DNA of 64,000 nt from Eledone cirrhosa (GCA_964016885.1 OZ024743.1:307334001-307398000); one strand, 5' to 3'. Positions 1 through 12,656 are shown, counted from the stretch's first letter. Program-made: numbers and translations. The notes: generated by a model from the letters alone, not told the origin.

Positions 1-349
1 CCTCTCGCCCACCCCCTCACACCACCATAGCCTATTCGACCAATCAAACCTTTGCATATCCCCCCCACCCATTACCAACCCCAACAAAATCTGCCATTAC
101 TACTACTACCTACCTCTCTCCTCACCCGTCCCAGCCCCAACAAACCCTGCCATTATTACCACCACCACTGTTCTTCTAGCCCTGAATTCTCCTACCGTTA
201 TGTATGGATGAGCTGAGAATAAATGGAACAGCCCCAAATTAATAAATGAATATGAATCCGTGAGCTACCAAGCACCCATGTGAAGCCCCAATCCAGAGAG
301 AGGAAGCATACACACACCCCTGCAGAAATCAACCCTTTCCCACGAATGT

Positions 350-3300
350 TGACAAATGCCCAAACGTCCGAGTTGGAACTATCAATGTAAGCACAATGAA
401 AGGAAGAGCAGGAGAAATTGTAGAGATGCTAGAGCGAAAGGAAATTGATGTATGCTGTGTGCAAGAGACTAGATGGAGAGGAGAGCCTGCTTGAGTCCTT
501 GTAGGAAAAAGTCAGTTCTACAAATTTTTCTGGGTGGGAAATGACGATGGGATGGGTGGTGTAGGTATCCTACTAGCTGACAAGTGGGTAGATAAGGTAA
601 TCTCAGTGAACAGGGTGAATGCAAAAATCATTAAACTCAGACTAGTCCTGAATAAAACAATTACCACAATAATATCAGCTTACGCACCCCAGACAAACTT
701 AAGGATAGGTTTTACGAGTCCCTAATGCACACTACTGCTCTAACAAACGACAATGACTTCCTAATCATTGCATGAGATTTTAACAGACACGTAGGTAAAC
801 ACTGTGGTGGCTTCTATAGAGTCCATGGGGTTGGCACAAGAAATGAAGAAGGATTCAGGCTTTTAGAATTCTGTGACGCCAATGACATGTCGATATGTAA
901 CACAAACTTCAAAAAACCCAACAACCACCTGATCACCTATAGATCAGGGGAGCATTCAAGTCAGATAGATTTTATCCTCATCAGAGGACGTGACAGATGG
1001 ACGGTCGTAAACAGAAAAGCCTTCCCTAGTGAGGAATGTACCTCCCAACATAGCTTAGTTGTCAGCGACATCACGGTCAGAACTAGACGAACCTGGAAAG
1101 AGAAGCCAACCTGGAGAAGAAAGATCTGGAAGCTGAAAGACCCCTCAGCCAGTAACAGATTTAGAGATATTTTACTCAACGCCTACGACAGTAAAGAAGA
1201 ACAGATAGAGACATTCAATGTAGAAGAGCACTGGGAGTTCCTAAAAAATGACTTACTAAAGGCGACGGATGAGATCTGTGGCTGGAGTAAGACCACAAGC
1301 AGGAGGAGAGTGACTTGGTGGTGAAACAATAAGGTAGATGAGGCAGTTAAAGCCAAGAGACAGGATGGAAAAAATGGAAGAACGGGGGAAGCAGGGTACA
1401 TTACATAGAGACCAGGGGGGAAACTAAGCGACAAGTATACTTAGCTAGGAGGGAAGCAGAGGATAGAAAATTCAAGCATGTTTTGCAATGTGAGGACCAG
1501 AAACAGGAGGTGTTCAAGATTGCAAGGCAGTGTGTCAGAGAGAATTGCGATGTCATTGGAGAGAAGTGTATCTGGAATGATAAAGGTGAGCTTGCCCTCA
1601 CAAGTGCTGAGAAAAAAGATGTGTGGAAGAGCCATTATGATAGATTACTAAATGAGGAGAATGCATGGGAAGAAGAGACCCTACCCCAAGTAGACCCTAT
1701 AGAGGAGCCAGCAGTACAAGTCAGCAGCAGTGTAGTAAGTAAGGCAATCAAAGATATGAAGACAGGGAAGGCAACTGGTCCATCGAGTATAGCTGCCGAG
1801 ATGCTGAAGGCATCTGGGTCGGTAGGTCACACCATAACCACACGTATTGTTAACCAGGTAATACTAGAAGGTGTCATATCAAAAGATTGGTGCAATAGCA
1901 TCATTGTCAACTGCTACAAAGGTAAAGGTGATGCACTAGATAGAGGAAACTATAGAGGTATAAAGCTGATGGACCAGGTCATGAAAGTAACAGAAAGAGT
2001 TATAGCACAGTTGATTAGGGACCGGGTGAAACTAGATGAGATGCAATTTGGGTTTGTGCCAGGAAGAGGCACCACTGATGCCCTCTTCCTTGTGAGGCAG
2101 TTACAGGAAAAGTACCTAGCTAAAAGTAAGCCACTCTACCTGGCATTCGTTGATCTCGAGAAAGCTTTTGACAGAGTTCCCGGTGCTATAATCTGGTGGG
2201 CTCTTAGAAAACTAGGAGTAAATGAATGGCTTATGAAAGCTGTACAAGCCATGTATAGGGGAGCAGTCAGCAAAGTCAGGATTAGCAATGAGTATAGCGA
2301 GGAATTTAGCATACAGGTCGGTGTCCACCAGGGCTCCGTTCTTAGCGTTCTCCTGTTCATCATAGTCCTGCAGGCAATAACGGAGGAGTTTAAGACCGGA
2401 TGCCCATGGGAACTCCTGTATGCTGATGACCTCGCACTTATAGCTGAATCTATGGTAGAACTAGAGAAGAAATTCCAAACTTGGAAGCAGGGACTAGAAA
2501 GAAAGGGTCTCAAAGTCAACATGACAAAGACTAAGGTCCTTGTAAGTAGACGAGAAAACAGAACCCAGATCCCCTCAGGGAAATGGCCTTGCTCAGTATG
2601 TAGGAAAGGTGTAGGTAGGAACTCCATTCTCTGCCCCAAATGCAAACAATGGGTACACAAGAGATGTAGCGGGATCTCAGGAAGCTTAACTAAGAATGTA
2701 AACTTCACATGTAGCAGCTGTGCTGGGACAGCAAGCAGCAGACAGCCACAGGAAACAAGCACCACCAAACTCTGGGAGGGCTCTGTAGAAACAGTAGACA
2801 GCTTCTGCTACCTAGGTGACCAAATTAGCGGCAGAGGTGGGTGTTCAGAAAGTACAATAACTAGGGTAAGAACGGGATGGAAGAAGTTCAGGGAGCTACT
2901 GCCACTGCTAGCTGCAAAAGGCTTTTCCTTCAAAATGAAAGGCAGACTGTATGATGCGTGTATACGAACAGCAATGTTACAGGTAGTGAGACCTGGGCAC
3001 TGTCTGTGGAAGACTTGCGTTGATTAGAAAGAAACGAAGCCTGCATGGTCCGATGGATGGGTAATAGTAATATACACGAACAGCAAAGCATAAATGAATT
3101 GAGAGAGAGACTGAGGAATCAAATGCTGCGTGCAGGAGAGGAGATTGCGTTGGTATGGACATGTGATGTGTATGAAGGATGACAGCTGCATAAAAAGGTG
3201 CAGAGCACTAGAAGTTGATGGAAACCACGGAGTGGGGAGACCCAAGAAAACCTGGGATGAGGTGATAAAAGCCGACCTTACCCAATTACACCTTACACCT

Positions 3301-3642
3301 CTGAAAGGCGATAACACACGACCATGATCTCTGGCGTCACGTAGTAATACAGAAGACCCGACACCCCATGGGTACAAGCCGAAGCTGAAGCATATAGACA
3401 ATATGCCCCACACCCTCCCACTGTAAAGTGGACGTGTAGGTGCCATGGAAAAAAGCACCCAGCACTCACTGTAAATGAGTTTGGTGTTAGGAAGGGCATC
3501 CAGCTGTAGAAATCAAACCAGAATCAGTTCCCATATGAGCAAGACAAGGTCTGCCGACCGGACACTGCCCACAACAGGACAACCCGTCTAACCCATGCTA
3601 GCATGGAAGAACAGACGTAAAATGGTGATGATGATGATGATG

Positions 3643-3645
<3 letters not shown>
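350..3645 (+). mobile_element. RTE-clade LINE, near full length but disrupted: APE endonuclease, RT with internal PHD-like Zn finger, 3' UTR and (GAT)n tail
   Basis: APE motifs (GTINVSTM, VQETRW, ISAYAPQ, SQIDFIL, SQHSLV). RT motifs in ORF 1483-3027 (QFGFVPGRGTTDA, FVDLEKAFDRVP, GVHQGSVLS, LLYADD). C-terminal RRLRWYGHV..GRPKKTW. Tail gacgtaaaatggtgatgatgat. Stops and frameshifts present. 5' boundary approximate. Confidence 0.93.
1483..3027 (+). pseudogene. Reverse transcriptase portion of the RTE ORF (longest open segment)
   Basis: 514-aa ORF with RT motifs including YADD; flanked by stops and frameshifts in the endonuclease and C-terminal parts. Confidence 0.88.
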
Positions 3646-3677
<32 letters not shown>

Positions 3678-3915
3678 AAGAGAGAGAGAGAGAGAGATAC
3701 AGACACACAGATACGCACACACACACACACATATGTATATATATATATACTTATATATATATATACTTATATATATATGTATACTTTTATATATATATAT
3801 ATAGAGAGAGAGAGAGAACGAATATGTATGCACACATCTATACATAAGTATGTATGTATATATGCATGTGTGCGTGTGTGTGTGTGTGTGTCTATGTGTG
3901 TGTATGTAGGTACAT
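3640..3915. repeat. Compound microsatellite (AT)n/(AG)n/(CA)n/(GT)n
   Basis: Read directly from the sequence. Confidence 0.95.
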
Positions 3916-4256
3916 TCATACATGGATTATGAAATATTTTACAAACAAACGTAGAAACATCTGTAATCTTTCTCCCATGATAAATACTACATCCTTCCAG
4001 GTCAGTCGGAATAAAGATAATAAACAACTCAACTAAAATGTCATCAACTTTTTACCATTTTAAATCTCAGAATTGCAAAGAAGGATATTTTATATGTAAT
4101 GGCAACTTTCATTGGTAATGGTGGCTTAAATTACTTCTGACATTTTTACAAAGATAGGTTGCTAATGGAAGTATTTTACTTAAAACTATCATCAATTTCA
4201 ACCAGATTAGATCTAAAATAAACTTTAAATAAATGTCAAGATCTCCTCAGAATCAG

Positions 4257-4400
4257 GGAATTGGCAGGGTCGTTAGAACCACAGATAGAAAGCTTTGTGG
4301 TCCGACTCTCTGTGCCCTGAGTTCAAATCCCACAAAAGTCAACTTTGCCTTTCATCCTTTTGAGTGATAAAAAAAGTACCAGTCCAGTACTGGGGTCGAT
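4257..4400 (+). mobile_element. Degenerate tRNA-derived Nin/Deu-domain SINE
   Basis: tggcag A-box, gagttcaaatccc B-box, then aactttgcctttcatcc...gataaaa..gtaccagt; same family as 8052-8250. Confidence 0.75.
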
Positions 4401-4664
4401 TCTTCCTCTATATCTCTTTTTCACTTCTTCTCTATCACTTTCTATCATTCTCTAGAAGAAATATGCTGTATTTAGACCTGGAGAGGAGATGGGTTGTACC
4501 AGGTTTTAAAAATACCCTTGAAATGCTGTATGACTTTAAGGTGCCCCTACAATTCCACCAGGAGTTATGGGTTCATACATACATATATACATACATATAC
4601 ATACGTACATACATACACACATGCATATATACATACTTACATACATGTATACATACATACATGT

Positions 4665-6765
4665 AAATGACACCCCTACAAAAGAACAGGTTGAAAGCTA
4701 CTGGAGATCTGTAAGAAACAAATGACGAGTTTAACAAACAAACTAAAAGAACTGGAACAGGAATACTGCCAGCATGTCCAGACAAAACAATATGACATAG
4801 ATGGTTCAATACAGGAAACAGCTCTACATAAAATGTCGAATAGGAAATCACCAGGCCCAGACCTCATAACAGGATACTGGCTGAAGAATTTGACCTGCTA
4901 TCGGCAAGATCTCATACGGCTGTTCAGAGAAACCATCAAAGGCACACAAGAACTGCCCCAATGGTTATCAAATGCCACTACTTTCCTCATCCCCCATAAT
5001 AGCCAAACCAACCTTGCTAAAAATTACCGCCCAATCACCTGCCAGAATATCATGTATAAATTATACACTGGGTGCCTTAATCTGTTCTTACAGGATCATT
5101 GAGCAAGCTGGTGGGAAAAAAGGGGGTGTGGGGCTGCATAGATCACCTACTAACAAATAAAATGATACAGGAAACAACAGCAAAGAATCGCAGGAACGTG
5201 ATTGTGGTCTGGCTGGACTATCAGAAGGCTTTTGATAGTGTACCTCATGGCTGGATTATTAAGGGTTTACAGTTAGCCAAAGTCCCACAACCACTGGTAG
5301 CTGCTGTTGAACACCTGACCAAGAACTGGTTCACCAATTTGATCCTTAGGGGTGAGAAGGACCAAATTAAGACTGATACAATACACTACCAGAAAGGCAT
5401 CTTTCAGGGTGATAGCTTATCAGTGCTGCTCTTTATCTTCTCACTAAACCCACTATCATACCTGCTCACAAAACAAAGTGGTCATAGAAGTGTGTCCAGA
5501 AGTATCTCCCATCTTTTCTTTGTTGATGACCTGAAGTTGTATGGGCCAAATACCAACTATATCAACAATAATTGGACCTCATTACAATTTTCTGCAGATA
5601 TCAGAATGAAATTTGGTGAATCCAAATGTGCATATTTGATAGTAAAACGTGGAAGAGTTGTGCACTCCTCTGGAAATCTAGAGATGAACAGTTTGACAAT
5701 ACAACCTCTACAGTTAGGTGACAACTACAGATATCTTGGACAGGATGAGAATGACAGATATGATGGACCCATAAATAAGGAGAGAACCATAAATAAGGAG
5801 AGTAAAGAAAATATGGTCATCAGAACTCTCAGCATACAACAAATACAATACTTATGCTATGCCAATCCTATCACCATCATTTGGCCTGCTGAACTGGTCA
5901 TTGCAAGAACTAAGTGAGATGGATGTAATAACTTGCAAGCTTCTCAGTGTTACTGGAAACTTTAACATCAATGGTGATGTGGATAGACTATACTTCTCAT
6001 GCAAGGAAGGTGGCCGGGGTCTAAAATCTATATTAACATCATACGAGACCCGGATAGTAACACTGAAGCAACATCTTCAACAGAAGAAATATGTCAGCAA
6101 CCATCTTGCCCAGGTTTATGAACATGAAGGAAATAATATCATTAGGATAGCCACTGATATGGAGGAGAGATATGGAATAAGGCCTGATATAAATCTCTCT
6201 CCTAGGAACATTGGAAGATCCTATTCAATGCTCGAACAAGATAAAAAAAATAGCTAAAGAAGAGGACCATCAGTTGACAATAAATGTAAGCTATGTAAAA
6301 TATAGTTAGTGGAGCCGGAAAAAAAAAACTGCCACCAAATTAAAGCACAACCAGCCTGATATTGTTGTTTGGGATCACATATTGAAAACGTGCTCTGTTG
6401 TAGAGATCAACTGCCCACTTGATGTCAATGTTGTAAAAATATTACAGGAGAACAAGGACATCTATGGACCATTGAGGAGGAGTTTGCAGATCCAGTTTCC
6501 AAGATACACCTTCAGCTTCATACCTATCATTATTCAAGCTACAGGTTATATACCAACCCGCTTGGACCAAAGTATGACTGAACTTGGAATTGTGGACAAA
6601 GAGCACAGCTCCTTAATTCATAGACTACAAATGGCTGCGATAGTTGGCACCTTCAAAATTTGCAAAACATTCTTGCGATTCAACGGATGACGATTTCTTT
6701 TCCTTTACAACCTTGCAACCAGGCAAATGGCTGGTCAAAAATGTACTCGAAATTAAGAAAAAGAG
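4665..6765 (+). mobile_element. 5'-truncated R4/Dong-like non-LTR retrotransposon (RT plus C-terminal restriction-like endonuclease), internally deleted
   Basis: KSPGPD, NYRPITCQNIMYK, WLDYQKAFDSVPH, GIFQGDSLS, HLFFVDDLKLY, KEGGRGL, then RLE motif HNQPDIVVWD...VVEINCPLD. Flanked by (CATA)n. Confidence 0.85.
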
Positions 6766-6784
6766 AAACACACATACATAAATA

Positions 6785-7760
6785 CATGATGGCTGCCCCC
6801 TCGTTGTCGAGTATGGCCATTGCACAAAAAAAAAATAATAATAATAATAAAAATACATACATACATATATATATATATACACACATATACATGCATACAT
6901 ATACATACACACACACACATATATTAACAATTAACAGCGCTGCGATCGAATGTGGCTTTTTAGCCCAGCCAATAATCTAATGTCTTGCACAGAGTTGGCA
7001 ACTAAAACATTCACTGGCAATAGCCGGCTGTGGTTGGATTTCATGTTCTTTTGTATGTCATTTGAGCCCTCCTGCTGATCTACACTATCTTCCACATGCT
7101 TGACAGATATGATGAGCAGCATCTTTGACAGCAGCCTGGTAGTCAACCACTTGCCTCACTTTATGACTACGAAGATGACTTTCAAGTCCAGCTTTATTGA
7201 GGCAGAGTCTCACACAGACACTGCATGTCAGCACCATATGAGGACCTTCGCTGTCTGGAAATGCAACAGCAATGCCTTTCCTGACATCGCTTTTTACTTT
7301 CTCATATGGGATACGAGATGCTTCAAAAGCAACTTTCCCCTCATGTACAGTCTTTCTCCATTTATTACGATCTGCAGCTACGCTTTCCCATGTATTAGCA
7401 GAGATGTTAGCGTCTTTCAAAGAGGCTTTCAACAAATCCTTATACATATTTTTTGGTTTATGTGGAGCTTGTTTTCCTTTAACTAACTCTCCATAAAAAA
7501 GTTGTTTTGATATCCTAGAATCCTTGATCCTGTCAAGGTGACCACTGCATCAGAGTCATTGCTTAAGCACAAGAGCTTCTATACTTTGACACAGAGAGCT
7601 TTCCAAATCTCGACATCACTGATGTGGTCCCTCCAGTGAATGCCATGGATCCATCTGAAACACATCCGATGGAAACGTTCCAATTGTTTAAGGTGATGTC
7701 GATATGTGACCCAGGTCTCACAGGCATAAATAGAGAGCACACATGCCTTTTTTTTTTCAT
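6785..7760 (-). mobile_element. 3' part of a second RTE-family LINE with C-terminal C2H2 zinc fingers
   Basis: YACETW..LERFHRMC..HWRDHISDVE; YKDLLKASLK..WESVAADRNKWR; CSVC..LESHLRSH and LKSHIRS; putative 3' terminal sequence near 6790-6825. Confidence 0.8.
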
Positions 7761-7789
7761 GCGCGGGGACATAGAAGTAATCAGGCTGG

Positions 7790-9236
7790 ATACCCAATCG
7801 CGCGGTTTAATCACTGGCAGTGAAGGACCCCTAGCTTGTGTCAGGGCATTCTTCTAGAAGGCAACTCAGGAAACTGGGATAATTCCGAAATAAAACCTGC
7901 GGCTCAGTAGTTACCAATGATGTTGCTCCTTTCTTCTTTTTGGGTTATAGCTACTGTCGCTCAGAGAGTGGGATTGGCTCAGTGCACAGTCTTTCCTCAC
8001 TTTAAAAATAATCTTCACACACAGGCATTGCATGATAGCATTAATGAATAATGGCGGTGGATTGGCAGTATCGGTAGAGAGTCGGACGCCATGCTTTCCA
8101 GCATAGTTACGTCCCTTTACGATCTGAGTTCAAATCCCGCCGAGGTTGACTTTGCCTTTCATCCTTACGGGGTCGATAAAATAAAGTACCAGTAATGCAC
8201 TGGGTAATTGCTGGCCTTGTGCCTAAAGTAGAAACAATTAATGAATAATTATTAATAGTGTTATTATTATTATTTTTTTTTTCTTCTACTGAATTGCTGG
8301 TTGTAGCCTTAGGGAGCAACCAGTTCGGTGATGTTCCAGGGCAGTGTGAAGAAGATGGTTGGCAATGAGGGCTCTGGAACAAAAGAGATAATTGAACAAA
8401 AAAGATAATTGGCAATAAGGGCTCTGGAACCACACCAGGTGAAAGGGCCTGACCCAGCAGGGCCCCCAGGGTATCACAGCCTGGGCCCACCCATCATCGT
8501 GCCACTGTGGTAGAACCAAACAAAACATTGAATAATGGCTGTTGGAACGTACGGACACTGCTTGACAGGGATTCTTCCGAACGTCCTGAACTAAGGACCA
8601 CTCTTGTTGCTTTATCCGAGACAAGGTTAGCTGGAGATGGTCATCTTACAGAATTTTGTGGAGAATATACATTCTTCTGGAAAGGAAGAGATGAAGGAAT
8701 TAGAAGAGAGGCTGGGTAGCATTTTCTGTTAAGAGTGCTCTTGTAGATAAATTGGAAGAATTCCCAGTGGGTATTAGTGAGGGTCTTATGTCCATGAGAA
8801 TTCCGCTGGACAAAGGAAGATATGCAACCCTGGTGAGTGTGTATGGTTCAACTATGAATTCTGTTGATGAAGAAAAAGTGTCTTTCTACCATGCTTTGAA
8901 AGGTGTTTTAAGAAATATCCCTCGGGCAGACAAGGTCACCGTGCTTGGTGCTAGAGTGGGTAGGGATTTTAGCACATGGAATGTAATCAAAAAGCATGGG
9001 GTGGGAATAGTATGCTCCTGCTGCAGATGTGTGAGGAGCTGGATCTGTGTGTTACCAACACCATGTTCCAGCAAAAGAACAAATTTAAGACCACATGGAT
9101 ACACCCTGCATCTAAAGAATGGCATCTTTTGGACTATGTCCTTGTCAGTGTGCGTGACAGACGGGATATGCAGTGTGTTCGTGTTCTTCGTGGGGCTGAG
9201 TGTTGGATGGACCACCGCCTGGTATGTGCAAAAGTG
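7790..9236 (+). mobile_element. 5' UTR and APE endonuclease of an RTE LINE, 3'-truncated and interrupted by a SINE
   Basis: CWNVRTLLDR..RPELRT..LSETRL..YTFFWKG; LVSVYG; TTWIHPASKEWHLLDYVL; CWMDHRLV; ends in (CATA)n. Confidence 0.82.
8052..8250 (+). mobile_element. tRNA-derived Nin/Deu-domain SINE, well-preserved copy
   Basis: A-box tggcagtatcgg, B-box gagttcaaatccc, core gactttgcctttcatccttacggggtcgataaaat; flanking direct repeat (a)ttaatgaataat at about 8040 and 8237. Confidence 0.88.
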
Positions 9237-9469
9237 AAACATACATACATACATATATACATCTAATAACTGCATGTACAAATGTACAGATACAAAGCAT
9301 ATGCATATGCACACATATAACTCAAAACATACACATCCATACATACAATAGCATCCATACCTGCACACACATGCATGCATGCAGACGTGCAGACATATCT
9401 ACCTAGTTGATGATGTGTAAATTCCAATGAGAGAGTCTTGTATCTCTGTTAGAAACCGACTCTCTAAAA

Positions 9470-9578
9470 ACATACACACATACATACATACATACATACA
9501 TACATACATACATACATACATACATACATACATACATACATACATACATACATACATACATACACACACACACATACA
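9470..9578. repeat. (CATA)n microsatellite
   Basis: Long, near-perfect run. Confidence 0.97.
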
Positions 9579-9884
9579 ATATCACCACACACCTGGAAAG
9601 GTTGTTTGATTAATAGCTTTGAAATGTTTAATCATGTCTCTTTATGTTCACTTTCAAAATCTCTCCTTGGTAGACTTTGATTTATTGTCCCAGCACCAGA
9701 ATTGGATGTTTTTTGTGAACATTCTATATATTCTTACTGCAACTGGGAGTCTGTAATACAGGTGTCATTTTGTTGAAAGATACAGGTCGCCAATAGTAGG
9801 AAAGTCCCTACTAAACTGTTGTATTCTAGTGCAAATATTTGCTTATTCTCATATCATTTATTTGTATTTCCTCTTGTAAATTAC

Positions 9885-10265
9885 TTAGTAACTGTAATAA
9901 CAACTTGCACAAAATATATTCTTTAGTTCGCTGTAACAAATCACTCAAACTATATTCTTTAGTTCACTGTAACAAATTGCTCAAAATATATTCCATGGCT
10001 CACTGAAACAAGTTGCTCAATATAAATTCCTTAGTTCACTGTAACAACTGCTCAAAATATATTCTTTAGATCACTGAAATAACTGCTTAAAATATATTCC
10101 TTAGTTGACTGTAACAAGTTGCTCAACATACATTCTTCAGTACACTGTAACAACCTGCTCAAAATATAATCTTTAGTTCACTGTAATAACTGTCTCAAAA
10201 TATGTTCTTTAGTTCACTGTAATAACTGGCTCAAAATTTATTCTTTAGTTCATATAACAATTGCT
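9885..10265. repeat. Minisatellite, about 36-bp unit (ctgtaacaanttgctcaaaatatattctttagttca), about 10 copies
   Basis: ctgtaac recurs about every 36 bp. Confidence 0.9.
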
Positions 10266-10667
10266 TTGTTGAACACTACGTCTTAAAGTCTAGCATGGAA
10301 AGAAAATACTTTAGAAGTAGCTTCCCTTTCGTGTCCTTGGTCTGTACATTGCTAGTTTCATCCAAAAGACAGCAGCCTGCCTGAGGAAGGAGCCCTGTGA
10401 GGCAGAATGGCTGTGGCAGTGGGTATCACTGGCCATTCTCTCTGCATTCTCTCAGACTGGGATGTAGAGCCTGTACTTCCCTCACTCTCTTGTTTTCCTT
10501 TGTTGCTTAATTTGCTTTTTTTTTCTTCTTTTACTTTCCTTCGTTTGTTTCATTTAAATATTATTTTGTCTAATTTTACAATGTTATCTTATTAATAAAA
10601 ATAAATTTACAAAATGAGAATTAGCTTTTCCTCACTCAATATATATTTACAGACATTATGATTATAC

Positions 10668-10940
10668 CAAATCCCGCTGAGGTTGACTTTGCCTTTCATC
10701 CTTACGGGGTCGATAAAATAAAGTACCAGTAATACACTGGTAATTGCTGGCCTTGTGCCAAAAGTAGAAACAATTATGATTATACCAAAGTTACGGCCCT
10801 TATGGTCTGAGTTCAAATCCCGCCGAAGTTAACTTTGCCTTTGATCCTTACGGGGTCGATAAAATAAAGTACCAGTAATGTACTGGGTAATTGCTGGCCT
10901 TGTGCCAAAAAGTAGAAACAATTATGATTATACCAAAGTA
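10668..10940 (+). mobile_element. Two tandem 5'-truncated Nin/Deu SINE copies
   Basis: B-box, core and 3' end repeated; attatgattataccaa occurs at about 10655, 10773 and 10921. Confidence 0.85.
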
Positions 10941-11574
10941 TGTAACAACTATGAAGAGGAAATGATTCAGCAAAGTTAAAAAGCTGAATATTGTCACTGT
11001 TTATCACAGGGACCTCAAACTCAAGGACTCAAAAAGGCCATTATGTCCTGGGGGAGGGATATAGTGGGCTAAAACTGAGATGAGAGGGGGGCATGATTTC
11101 CACCAGCTATATTGCTAATCTGCTTTACTGTTATTCATTTTTTTTTTTTTTTCATCAAAAGAAATACATATATGATAGTAAGTGTGATATGGGAATTAGG
11201 AGGAGAAATTTTTCATTTCAAACTTTCCTTAATTTTGTTTTTTGGTAAATTCTCTTTTTTCCATTTCCACTTTTGATAAATTTTGTTTTTTCCATTTTAT
11301 TGTATTTCGTGGGTAAATTACAATAAATTGTACTTTTAATATTATTAAAACAGGAACAAATGACCAACTTTTAGGAAAATATTAGATACAAAAATTGTGT
11401 TGCCACAAGCCAAACAAAAGTAGATTGGGAGCCACATATTTGAGGCCCCTGTTTTATCATGTATTGTCATCAATAATGTAATCAAAGATAAAGATATACT
11501 AAAAATAATTTTGCACACAAGACAAATACCAAAAATTATACATTTGAATTGCTTTAAGCAGTTTATACCGAGTA

Positions 11575-11790
11575 TGAAATATTGGCTTCTAATTAGACAC
11601 GAAGCTATTAACTTGTGGGAAAGGGGAAGTCAATTATATTGACCTCACTACTTGGTTGCTACTTTATTTTAACGACCCTGGAAGGGTGAAAGGCAAAGAT
11701 GATCTCAGTGGAATTTTAACTCAAAACAAAAGGGTCATAACTAAAAACTGCAAAGTGTTTTGTCTGTTGCTCTACTGATTCTGCCAATGT
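11575..11790 (-). mobile_element. Degenerate Nin/Deu SINE
   Basis: actttattttaacgaccctggaagggtgaaaggcaaag...aactca is the reverse complement of the core. Confidence 0.7.
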
Positions 11791-11888
11791 GAAATAATGG
11801 TTTAAGATTTAGGCATTAGGCCAGCAATTTTGGGAAAGGTAAAGTCGATTAAATCGACCTCAGTTCTGGTACTTTATTTTATCAACCA

Positions 11889-12255
11889 TGTAAGGATGTG
11901 TAGCAAGAGTTTCCTCCCTTGTCATGACAATCTCACCAATAGAGTAACGCTCTGTAGACAGGAAGTAGCTGGAGTTGCTTCCTGTTGGGGTGATAGAACC
12001 TTTTTTATCACTTCCAGCAGAACCCTATAAAGGAAATAACTTTCAGCTCCCTATCTCTCATTTGCCCTTTCGGCTCCTGGCCTTTGGCCAGGCGTCCTCG
12101 CCCAGGTGCGTTCGCCTGGCAACCAAACGGTAACTAATAACTTTGCTTCATTCTTTCATCTATTCATTGACATGTCAACTATACTGTTCTATATATCCAC
12201 AAATTGTTAATTAAATATTATACACACAAACCACGTCTCTTGTTATACTTATACA
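11889..12255 (+). mobile_element. Possible solo LTR interrupting a SINE
   Basis: TGTAAG...CTTATACA ends, internal ctataaag and attaaa, imperfect 4-bp flanks acca/accc. Confidence 0.4.
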
Positions 12256-12267
12256 ACCCTGTAAAGT

Positions 12268-12550
12268 TATCCTCTGTGGGATTTGAACTCAGATCGTAAA
12301 AGGGCGTAACTCTATGCTGCAAAGCATAGTGTCCAACGCTCTACCGATACTACCAATCCACCACCTTATCCTCTGTGGGATTTGAACTCAGATCGTAAAG
12401 GGGCGTAACTCTATTCTGCAAAGCATAGTGTCCAACGCTCTACCGATACTACCAATCCACCGCCTTACCCAATGTGAAATAATTGTTTCACTGCATTACT
12501 AGTACTTTATTTTATCGACCTCGTAAGGATGAAAGGCAAAGTCAACCTTG
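12268..12550 (-). mobile_element. Nin/Deu SINE fragments with a tandemly duplicated tRNA head (about 100 bp x2)
   Basis: ttatcctctgtgggatttgaactcagatcgtaaa...ccaatccacc repeated at about 12267 and 12366. Confidence 0.82.
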
Positions 12551-12656
12551 AATAATGGCAACAAAACATCATCAGGATGTTAACCAATATCAATCTAAGA
12601 GAAAGTATTTATATAAAACTATTAAAAAAAACTGGTTATAAGTTCTCTTATTTATA

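Noticed and set aside
2136-2768. 210-aa antisense ORF, and similar antisense ORFs over Tx1, Gypsy and Helitron coding regions
   Set aside because: Shadow ORFs opposite TE coding sequence with no recognisable motifs.
3524-4036. ORFs rich in YI/CV/HT, also at 4573-4851, 6625-6980, 9200-9609, 29839-30173 and 48150-48678
   Set aside because: Translations of microsatellites.
7790-8040. HDV-like ribozyme in the RTE 5' UTR
   Set aside because: Known in some RTEs, but I could not assemble the nested double pseudoknot by eye; it needs an RNAMotif/Infernal search.
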